Assembly: GCA_000165425.1 (NCBI GenBank)
Contig: CT868230.1
Span: 1-64,000 of the forward strand
Reading direction: 5' to 3'
DNA: 64,000 nt
From: Paramecium tetraurelia
Taxonomy: Eukaryota
Shown: positions 53,835 through 64,000 of the stretch, in pieces
How positions within the stretch are numbered: position 1 is the first letter of the stretch
Layout of the letters: the number at the start of each line of letters is the position of its first letter
Position numbers and translations under genes: made by a program
Notes under the pieces: generated by a model
What the model saw: only the letters and a program-made list of their open reading frames with translations
Told to the model about the DNA's origin: nothing
Database searches by the model: none

Positions 53835-55135
53835 TCAACCACTCATCATCTATTACTTCAATAAAATCTCAGTCTTATCTATCAGATCACTTATTGCGTT
53901 CTCATATTCCTTAAAAAGAGTCGCAGTATTTTAAACACTTATCTCTTCCAATTGTTGATTTTCAATCCTTAATGAGTTTATCTGTTATTCCAATGAGAGA
54001 AGTTCCTAGGTTAATTTTGTAATTTCTAATTTTTATGATTAGAGCAGAGTGGGTGATTGATGACTTAAGTTTTCGTTCTCATCTACTTCGAATTCGCTAA
54101 CATCCATTTTCCTTTGTATTGTCCGACAAGATTATTGAGATTATTGTCTAGCATCCTGAGCACATTTATCAACAGATAAATATAATGAGGATCTTTTTTT
54201 AGCCAATTAATTTTGATATTATTTTATCCCCTCTACTGTAGTTGTTCTGGCTATCACAAGTTCAGAATTTTTAGTCTGAAGTTAATTAATATTAATTTGG
54301 ATGATCACACTAAAGAATTTATCGATTTCAGTTGAATCAGTACTTTAGATAATTTTATCTAAGATATAGAAAGCACTAGAAAATGTAAGATTGAGAAAGA
54401 ATTGATTCTTATAATGCATCATAGCTGATTCAATGAACTATTTGGCTGCCATAATTTAATCCTGTTCCAATTTGAACCGAAATTTAACATCTTAAATAGC
54501 ATCATGCTACATCTAATCGTGATCTTTAATGAATTCCTAAGTCGTTTAATACTCAGGGTAATATTGTTTTGGTATTTTATTATATAGATCTTCTAGTATT
54601 TTTAAACAAACATAGTCTTTGCAAAAACATAACAGGAATATTGTTAATTTAATCAAGTATTAATTGTAGCCAACTTTAGGATTACGAGTTACAAAGGTAT
54701 CAACTACATTTGTAATAGTGACTTCGACGTCTCTATTATTGAATATCAATAAATTTAAAAATTCTTAGATTGAGTAATTCATGGGAGTTTATAATATGGT
54801 TTTAACATCTCGTGCAATATTGCTTTATTTAATTTCTTTGTTCAATTTGTACATGGATTTAATGAATTCAACATCTTTGACCCAATACCTTTTGGCTATC
54901 TCACTATTGTGATTCCAAGCAAGAAGGGATTCCGAAATTATCTTTCTTATGGTTTCGCAGTCTGAAGTGTAGATAGTTTTATACCTTGCATGCAAACTTT
55001 ACAAATATTCCTAAACACATCTCTGACCTACTGCAATTTGGAGCAATCAGTACAAATAATTCTATTACAACGTTTGCATTTGGTATCTCTCCTCCACAAT
55101 ATATTGAAGGGTTTCTTGCAAATATCACAACTCAT
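53835..55135 (-). CDS. FYVE-like zinc finger + degenerate TBC (RabGAP-like) domain protein
   Basis: MSCDICKKPFNILWRRDTKCKRCNRIICTDC...ICKVC; TNVVDTFVTRNPKVGYNQYLIKLTIFLL...IPKQYY; TGA 53835-53837. Confidence 0.78.
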
Positions 55136-55191
55136 TAATTATATTTAATTTATATGATGAAAATTGTAAGAAGACGAGTTCAAACTTAGAA

Positions 55192-57672
55192 TCATTTAAT
55201 CATTGATAATTTCAAGTCTCTTTGATCCATACTTAATAACCCCGGCAATTCTTCGACCTCCTCCTCATGCAAATTGACCTTCTTCTTCTTCAACTTGTCC
55301 ATGATCATCCTGCTCTTATCCACTTGAATGTAATTGGAAATGTCAAAGACCTCCTTAACTTCCTGTCCTAATTTTTCAATGAGGATCTTATTAAATCTAT
55401 TATTCTTCTCTTCCGATAGAATGACTCGTTCGTAAGCTTAATACAACTTATAATAAATTTATAATCCCGGATTCACAAACTGCCCCTTTTTAAATTTCTT
55501 GTCGAACATCATTTTAGCCACATCACTAAACTGCACTCCCAATCTCTTAGTAAAAGCACGTCTAAAATCACAAGTAAAATATACTTGGAATCTCGTCTCC
55601 CTGGTAGATGATGCTTAGCACTTAAATCTTCAATAGAGATGACTTCTTTTGGAGCAAAATTGAACAATATCTATTGGTCTCTTTCTAGAAGCAGTTCCTT
55701 AATTAAATTGATCTCATTCACTTTGTCGATTATCACACAAATATCCAGATCTTGATTTATCTTTTTTCTACATATTAAAGATACTTAGATTACATAGCTT
55801 TATCCAAGAGGATACAATTCTTATCTTAAAACAACTTGCCACAAAACAGTTAATGCAATACGAATTTAAAAGTGAAGACAATCGGACGACTTCTGTCTAG
55901 CATCATCTAAATTTGCCTAGTTAAATATTCTTTTCGATTATGAATCCCAATTTTATTAATTATCTATTTGTGCATCTATTTAATGGAATGTTTCATACTC
56001 TTTTACTCATGATCATTCTAAGTTTTGGCTTGTCTCTCTTAATTGAATTTGGCAGTACTATTAAACATAGCAATATCTGTTTGATTATTATTTTGAGTGA
56101 GATTACAAGAGAACATACTTTTATCAAGACTCTCCCATTCTATTTCGTTGTCTCCTACTGGTTGTAAGTTTACTGCTGAATTCTTGTTATTCGACTTATG
56201 AGTTTTTTGATCTGAATCCTATTTGTCATTATGAATGACTAGGGTGCAATCAACTTGGTGAGATATGATAGGTCTGACTGATTGAATTGCGTTGCAATTG
56301 ATAGATGCATTACCAGGGTTAATCGAAGAGGCAGGACTGCACTTTTAACTAATTATCTTGCTCTAAGATTTAACGTAAGTGATTTCTTTGACCAATTGCT
56401 GTCTCTCAAATTTAGCCTTGTTTTCATTTCCAAAGTGAAAATCATAGACCTCATTAGCTAATTCGATGAGATCTAGATGATTTAAAAATGTACATTATTA
56501 TTTATTGTATATTCCGACAAAGAAGCCTAGTGCAACAAAGACTATGTTCGCGAAACCTCCCAGGATGGAAAGTAGTTTATCTATTTTTTGATATGATCTT
56601 GAGATGTAATTGGTATAAGGGGATCTCCGCAAATAAATGGCTGCAAATTGTTCGGCAGCATAAATGCTTTGATCTCTGTAGTCGCCTTCCTATTTAGCAA
56701 ACACTTCAGTAGTTTCTAGTTCTTCGTTTGTTGGAATTAGATTATTATCAGTTTTCAAAATGTATTTGGTAAAAAATACATCAGTTTCCTTGCCAATTAC
56801 GTTTGGTACAAAAGAGAAGAATAATTCATCATCCAGAAAGGACTGAATGTATTCATCTCCTTTCTAGGGATTAATTACTTTGTTTGTGATGTATCTTAAC
56901 ATAAAGCACTTATATATATACAGTTTGACTCTAAAGGACCTTTGGTCCATTAGCCATTCATTTACGGCTTCTGGAGAAGCACAGACAGGCTTCCATGTGA
57001 AGAAGGAATTAGATTGGGAGTTGTTACTGCACTCATTGACAGCAATTTTGAGGAAGTCGAAATATTTATTTGTGTACCGTCCCTTGAGAGAGAGAGAATA
57101 ATTAAGCCTAGAATTGAGAATAGAAGTACTATGGACATAACCAAGTATCCAGACCGATTTCCCTGTACTGTTGGGTGAAATTCAATCCATAAGGAGTAAA
57201 TATATTTTGAAATCTATCCAATTTACAGGGTATCAGATCAATATATTGATCTCCTTTGATGAGAGTGCCGTTTTCCAATCTTTCATAGTATCTGAGATAA
57301 TTAATGGGACATGTTACCTTTGTCGCAAAGTAATATTGAAAAAGGGATTGGTGTTGAAATTGACTTATTCTATAGCTACAGCGAACATAAAATTCGTTTC
57401 ATTCAATTATATTTAGTCAGGTTAATCTTCAAAAACTTCGGTTGTCTCACTTTAAATGTTTACTTTATTTATAAAGTCTCTGATATTGGATTAAAAAAAC
57501 AGAACCACAATTCCTAGAATCATCAAAGTGAAGAAACCACCAAAGGCAGTTTTGTATTCATCTTCCCCATTGAGATTCAACAAAATGTTCTATCCAAATA
57601 AATCTATTGACTTAAGCACTTTGATTAGCAATTTAAATTACACTTCACAAGAGATTTTCTTATACTCCTCAT
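55192..57672 (-). CDS. Ciliate two-TM protein with large ectodomain (paralog B)
   Basis: IDLFGQNILLNLNGEDEYKTAFGGFF-TM1; WLCP; RRSPY...LLSILGGFANI; DLDICVIIDKVNEINLIKELLL; start 57672 requires a 23-nt intron; TGA 55192-55194. Confidence 0.87.
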
Positions 57673-57705
57673 TAAATAATATAAATTTATAGATATTAAT
57701 CACTC

Positions 57706-58473
57706 TCATTTTCTTATAAGTTAAATTATTGATACAATTCCTAAGCATGAACATGATCCCCAAAACCAATAATATGCTTTGTGTTTGTCAGGCGTCAAGT
57801 AGGGCTTCTGAAAGGTGGAATAGAAACTAGGAACAGGATACAAATCTTGAAGATTAATATATCATCCCATTTACCCTAAACTTTAAATAATCCTGCATTT
57901 TCAGTAGATGTTCCTATTCTTTCCAAAAATAAATTAGTTGACTTCTCTGGTAATTTGTTCTCTTTTGCTATTAATTCAAGATCAATGAAAGTGTTCATTA
58001 GATTTTGATCTGTATTTTTGTCCCGGTGTTCTGGCAATTTGATCATAGCACACATTTCATTTAATTACATGCCTTCCATCGATTCTATTTAATCCAAGAA
58101 ATTCTCAGGGACCCAACCCAAATTTACTACTATGGCATCATTTTGATTATCTCTTAGTATACCGCACAACATCATTCCTGGTCTCCCATCCTAATATCTG
58201 TACACCTTTAGTATGTATTTGTCAAGAGTTCTACGACAATCTTTATTAAACTAACCCTGATGTCTTCACTAGTATATATGAGTATCTTTGAGGGTCCAAT
58301 GATAGAATATCCTGAATCATCATATGTGATATTGGATGATCCGGTTTGAATTGCTCATCAATCAATTTCCATTTTCTAATAGATTCCTAATAGCGCCTAT
58401 ATTACCAGTTGCATGCAGACATAGCTGTCACCGTAAGACAAGACATCACACCTGTGAACAGAATTCTTTTCAT
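57706..58473 (-). CDS. SURF1: SURF1/Shy1-family cytochrome c oxidase assembly factor
   Basis: TM1 followed by WQYRR; IVVNLGWVP; FIDLELIA; C-terminal HKAYYWFWG-TM2; two introns; TGA 57706-57708. Confidence 0.85.
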
Positions 58474-58512
58474 TTTCTTTATGAAATTGCAATATATTAA
58501 TAAATAAACATT

Positions 58513-59574
58513 TCAATCCTTAAAGAATTTATATACTAGTTGTGATAAAAAAGAAACACCCTTGTAAGTTTATTCTGCCTCATTTAAATCTACTATTATT
58601 ACTCATTCTATACCTGTGTTCAGATCCTCGACTATTAAATGCTTCGATTCCCTCTTCAGAGCAGGAGTTGCTTACTCCATCCAATCAAATTAGTAGTCTT
58701 CATTTAGCTTTTTCTCCCTCAAAATATTTCTAAACATATTGATCAAGAACTCGTAATCAGGTTTCTATTTATGTTGATTCCACTTGATGTATCCAAACAG
58801 ATCAGCAAAGGGCAACTGAGTCATTGCCTTTGAATTTATATACTACTCCTTCTACTTTAATGCATCCTCATTGGCTAAGACCTCATTCCCATATTTTTTC
58901 CAGGGCAAATGACCTACACTAATCATGTATGGTAATACCATTGTACAAAAACACGAGCGTGTAAGCCAGCATTTCAATGTCATCAAGAAATCGATATTTC
59001 TATCTCTTATGCACCGAAATGGGATCATACAAAAATGTGCCTTCGAACTCCAATCGATGTTCTGTCCTACTCTAATCTTTGGCTATTCCGAAATCTATAA
59101 GGTATATTTGTGGGTCTATAATAAATAATACATAAAACCTTTAAGTGATTTCACCATTAGGTTAGTAGGCTTGATATCTCGATGCACCACATTCATTTGG
59201 TGTACTTACTTTAAGATCTCCAATACCTTTATGGCTATTAAGCAGATGCATTTAAGTGAAAATTGCTTGAATTTACTTTTGATTGTGTGTAAATCTTGGG
59301 ATAACAGCTCCATGCTCATGAAACTCTATCTTTCTTATTCCTTGAAGTCGTAAACTTTTGGGATTCCACCCACATTTGATAATAGTGTCATAATTTAATA
59401 TTCTTTTTTTAAGTCAAATTGTGAATGTTTGATTGCGACTTCTTGGTTGGTGGATTTGTCTATTCCTTTGTAAATGGATCCGAATCCTCCTTTGTTAATT
59501 TTGTTTTGAATCGAATAGCCTGAGAAGACATGATTTTCTTTTTAAACGCTAAGGCTTCTATATGATCTGGCCAT
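58513..59574 (-). CDS. Divergent casein kinase 1-like kinase
   Basis: INKGGFGSIY, VAIK, GIPKVY, MELL, HRDIKPTNLM, LIDFGIAK, GTFLY, DDIEMLAY, GHLPWK; TGA 58513-58515. Confidence 0.88.
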
Positions 59575-59989
59575 AGTTTAATTATCTTATAATAAATTTC
59601 AATGTAAAATCATAATTAGAGGATAGGTCACATTTTATTGATGCACTATGAGAGGAGTGAAATTTACGTATTAATTCGATAATTTATTAAAAACTTCTTC
59701 CATCATTTAAATTATTTCCAGCTTGTCTGCTTGTAAAGAACGATAAAAATTCTCAGATTTTAATCAGTAGTTGAATTACTGATTAAGACTGTTTCTTTTA
59801 AAAAAATTCAAAGATTTAGTGCACATTTAGAGGTGGCTGGAATCCACTATTTGAAAGTAGTGTAATGCAGTTGTGAGGTCGTTAATTAATGCAAATATAA
59901 ATGAATAGTTATTGAAGGACATATAAATGAACACAAAGAGTGTTTAAAATAATTAAGATATTTATTTATAATTTGCTTCTTAATAGTGT

Positions 59990-60656
59990 ATGAAATCTTA
60001 GAATTCTAAAAAACCTAATCTGAAGATTACACTCAATAAGAAATCGGTGGCATAATTGGTGCAATCAGACAAGCCTCCAAGTTCTAAATGTTCTTAGAAA
60101 ACAACATCATCGAATGGAAAGGTAAGAATTATGGCGTATATGAATGATTTAGACAACTGCTTCATCCAAGTAGTTGTGTTTCAAATTCCAAGACAACTAT
60201 TCAACTGCTAACCCATCGGTTATTTCAGAGGGCGAGAAGAAATGTAAAATATTATAAATAATCCATAGCACTCGATCCAGATCAATCATAACTGATTTAA
60301 TTGCTGATTCAAGAAAATTTGTAATTGCAAAAGCAAAACTCAGACAAAGACACCATTATTTCTAAACTTATTACAAACAAAAAACCAGTCATTTTATAAA
60401 GAGCCAATACATCAAATACCGAGAGGAGTCCTGAAAAATGCTTTTAAATGTATTATATGCAATAAGAAGATCTAGAAAAAAGTTGCAGCAAAACACTTGT
60501 CAGAAGAAATCGATTTCTCCTCTCGGCTTCACGTTTTGTAACGTTGATTAGGAGGACGAAGAAAAAGTCATCCAAAGTCAACCAATGACGAGGTCTCAAA
60601 AGAGACTTCCCAAAGAGTTTTAAATTGTACCAAATCAGAGACGGTTTTTCATCTGA
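59990..60656 (+). CDS. Hypothetical S/K-rich protein
   Basis: ATG 59990 MKSQNSKKPNLKITL; introns 60122-60152 and 60244-60268; ends GFTFCN...RRFFI, TGA 60654-60656; one internal junction unresolved. Confidence 0.7.
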
Positions 60657-61003
60657 TAGAGGAAATTGAAAATAAATTGTTATACGATTTTATGTTTAGT
60701 TTCAATTAGATCGAACGAAATCATCTACAAAGTTATTCAAAAAATAATTCACATATTTCTTCTATATTAATTTGTGTAAAGATAATATAATAAAAAATCG
60801 AGAAATTATTGCCACAGAACTGAACATTAATAAATATTTAATAAAATAATTCGCATTTTAAATGTTTAATCAGTGATTAATCGATTACTATTGTTTTATT
60901 TAAGGTAAAATAGAATTATTTAAAAAGGTTAATTAACTTATTTTAAGCTCAGTCTCATAATTATAAAGATTTCTTTGAATCATTATTTTATAATTGTATA
61001 ATA

Positions 61004-62176
61004 TCACACATATTTGTTGGCAACTCTATAAACTGTCTGAAGATAGTTTCCAATTACTGGTGCGCAGTGTTTTTTTCTATCCGCTTCTGGATGTATTTTT
61101 GATATTTGATTATATAGAATGTCGTGTGAGAGAGTATCGCAATAGAAAAAGGAATCCACGTTTCTTTACATTCTAGCAAAAGCAGATAAGTTTTGTTTGA
61201 AGAAATTCGTATCATGAATCTCAAACTCGATCTCGCATCTCCTCACATTATTTATTATGTTGTCCTTCATCGTAGGGTATTTAAGTTCTGGATTCACATC
61301 GTAAAGTGTAAATAGAAGATTGTGCAATAGTTTATTCCATTGTATTTGGCCACCAACCTTAAATTAACTCTTGAGTTGAGAAAAATTCTAAATATCTACA
61401 GTCAAGACTCTACTAAGACTTATCTCTAGAAATTGATATTGGATTATTTAATATTATTTAAATCTGATAGATCTAAATTTGTTTCTGTCAATAAAGTCAT
61501 CAAACTCTTATGGCACATTGAAATTATTTTCAATATTTGAAGACAGTCTATATTGAATGTGATCTTTCATTATGTCTAAATTTTCGAGTCTTTTTTTCTG
61601 AATTATAGCCTTCTTGCCATTCTAATACACAGAAACCCTTTGACCATTTTACAAAAGCAAATCCAATCGTAAACCATATTACTATTTCAATGAGGGAAGA
61701 CATTTCTCTGGATCAATATACATACTATAAATTCTTTTAGAGATCTCATCATTTTTTTCTAAATTTCTAAAGTATTAAGTGAGGTTTATAAAGCTCGATG
61801 ACAAAGAATTTACATCAAATTTCGTCCAAGGATAAAGTACGAAATTGGGTTGAAATGTGTAATATTGCGCTTATTGTGTTATCAATAAATGATGGCATTT
61901 GGATGCAAATCTAGGAGGATAAGATGTTTAATACTTGAAGGAATCAATCATGCATTAACCGGATGCTTCTTTCGCTAGAAAAGTGCCCAGCTTAATTTCA
62001 ATCTCCAATTGCTAATCTGAAGTGAGATTTGCTGTCTATTCAAATATGCTTCTGAAATATCTGATGATTTGCTCTTGATATTCATCATAATCCACTCTAA
62101 TAGGAATGAGCTGATTTCTGATGGCCGGATCTCTTTGGTTTAAGTATGATAATATATCATAATTAGTTTAATTCAT
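61004..62176 (-). CDS. CET1: Cet1-type (triphosphate tunnel metalloenzyme) RNA 5'-triphosphatase-like protein
   Basis: Motif A LEIEIKLG; IQKKRLENLDI...YRLSSNIE; RSIRFK...ISLSRV; motif C CEIEFEI; intronless frame ATG 62176 to TGA 61004-61006. Confidence 0.8.
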
Positions 62177-62214
62177 AAAAATAATTTATAAAGCAACCAA
62201 TGGAATAAAATGAT

Positions 62215-63160
62215 CATACATATTTATTAAACTTATAGATAGTTTCTTAGATCTTAATCAAATTGTCTACATTTATATATACATATACTAGGTAGTTTAT
62301 TGTTTGTTAACTATCCTACATAAAAAATTCATTATGACTAGTACTTATTTGATTATTAAACTTTACATAAATATATTAGATTTATTTAGCTGTGTACTCT
62401 AGAGTTAAATCCTTATTTTAATTGAATGAATAGTTGAATAAACTATTAGAGACTTTTTGAATACTGAAATTTCTAAGATATTCTGGATGAAAGTAAAAGG
62501 CATTTTTGATTAAATTTCTAGCTTAATTATGAGAATTCTATAAATCTATTTGATAAATTGATTTCTTTATCTTTAATATCTCTAATCTAATAATATACAT
62601 TTTGAAGCATTTTGTTAAATATCATCTAGATTTAATTCTTCAACTTACTTTTCTTTATAATTCTATAGACATTTCAAGTTATTGTGAATTGATTAAGAAT
62701 TCTTCTTTCTTAACTTTTTTTTCAATTTTTCCAATTTCTCTTTCAATTTGACTCTTACCTTAAATAATAATTGTTTATTCTTTTGAATAGAGAACAAGGC
62801 TAGATTTATTGATTTAGACATCATTTATTACTTAAAATATGATTTGGGAATTCTCTAATTTTTGTTAATACCTTCTTTTATTTATTCTATTAAAGCTCAT
62901 CTCACATTCGATATTTGATGGTCTATTTAATTTTCAGAGTAATTCATCTTTAAGATCCTTTGAGTATAAGGTTGTTTAACTTGGTTCCATTATTTTTCCT
63001 AAATTTACAATAATATTTACTTAAAACTGTTCTATACTTTTAACTTACATTTAATTCTTATATTCACCATTGCTGTTATGAGAAACGTAGAATGTTGCAC
63101 AAAAGTGAAACGAAAAAGTATTCAAAGTGTAAATCACAAATCCTTCAGATTTATGTCATT
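62215..63160 (-). pseudogene. Possible decayed coiled-coil gene
   Basis: K/E/Q-rich stretches on the minus strand with interrupting TGAs; no clean model. Confidence 0.25.
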
Positions 63161-63272
63161 TGATTTGTAATTCATAATTGATACTATATTCAATAAGACG
63201 TATCAAAATGATAAAATATTAATCTTTTAATTCTCTCTCCTTCATTTCTGCTATCTTTATTAATAAAATTAA

Positions 63273-64000
63273 ATGGATATACTCCTTCCTCAGACCCAAG
63301 GCGAAATAGTATACATTTATATTTCTGCTCGTAATCTTCGAAATTTGGATCATTCAAACATACTAGATTTCAGATGCCGAGTATACCTTAAGGATGATTT
63401 CGTAGGGGAAACAGAAGTCTCGAAATCTTCACTTGACCCTGATTTCAAATAGCCCATTCCAATCATGTACAAGTTTAACAAAAAATAAAAACTGACTTTC
63501 CAAATAGTCGATGCTGATTAGGAATTGTCTAATCAATTGATTACTCAATCGAATCAAGCAGCTCTTGTTGGATCATGCAAATAACCTCTAGCTAAACTGA
63601 TGGGAGCTAGAAATTCATTGAGTCAACTCAATCTATTGAAGGGTGATGAAATAGTTGGAAATATCATTATTCACGTCACCAAAAAAGGACCTTAAATTAT
63701 TGGATAAAAATAGCAAGGACCCAAAGTTACGGAGATAAAATGGCGTTGGGCTGGTATCAATTAAATTTTAATTATAATAGGTGTCAAATTGCTTGACTTA
63801 GATTTTTTCACTAAATCAGATCCATTCGCTAAATTTCATTCAGTCAATGGTGATTAAATCGATTTGATTCATTAAACTGAAATCATCAAAAATAATTTGA
63901 ATCCTAATTGGATGGGATGGGAAACTACTGAAGAATAAGCCTTCAAACATTCAAAATAACTATATGTAGAGGTCATGGATTACGATAAGTTAGGATCTCA
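63273..64000 (+). CDS. Copine-like tandem C2-domain protein (3' end outside window)
   Basis: C2A YISARNLRNLD...VGETEV..SLDPDF...KFNKKQKLTFQIVD; C2B GVKLLDLDFFTKSDPF...TEIIKNNLNPNW...VEVMDYD. Confidence 0.87.

Noticed and set aside
57707..57709. In-frame ATG overlapping the SURF1 stop (ATGA) as an operon-like coupled start
   Set aside because: ATG 57672 plus a canonical 23-nt intron gives an N-terminus comparable to the paralog, so the overlap is probably coincidental.
59602..59904. 100-codon plus-strand ORF divergent from the CK1-like gene
   Set aside because: No domain, intron or compositional support; not distinguishable from a chance ORF in code 6.
1..64000. Transposons, retained IESs or telomeric repeats
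   Set aside because: I recognised no transposase or RT motifs, terminal inverted repeats or G3-4T2-3 tracts; short TA-bounded IESs cannot be called without a germline/somatic comparison.

Overview
This is AT-rich, gene-dense eukaryotic DNA, most consistent with a Paramecium macronuclear chromosome. It uses ciliate genetic code 6 (TAA/TAG = Gln, TGA the only stop), shown by the Rab WDTAG-TAG-ERF, OSBP E-TAG-VSHHPP and XRN MN-TAA-TAG-RQRRF motifs. Introns are tiny (about 21-32 nt, GT..AG) and many intergenic gaps are under 60 bp. The supplied standard-code ORF track is therefore fragmentary and often wrong, so I re-translated genes by eye; boundaries are manual estimates. The window holds about 28 protein genes: a giant Cys-rich/beta-helix membrane protein, two MORN proteins, an FCP/SCP phosphatase, an OSBP protein, RPL7, two kinases, beta-carbonic anhydrase, eIF5, a Cache-domain membrane protein, a TPR-array gene, a Rab, a C2H2 protein, CEP164, two paralogous two-TM proteins, XRN1, a FYVE-like/TBC protein, SURF1, a Cet1-type RNA triphosphatase and a copine. 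There is also a tRNA-Phe(GAA) and several decayed genes. The most striking structure is the TPR gene at 33170-36014, built from 14 consecutive exons of one TPR each (13 of 102 nt, one of 103 nt), separated by phase-1 introns and duplicated as exon+intron units, within a pseudogene-rich island.
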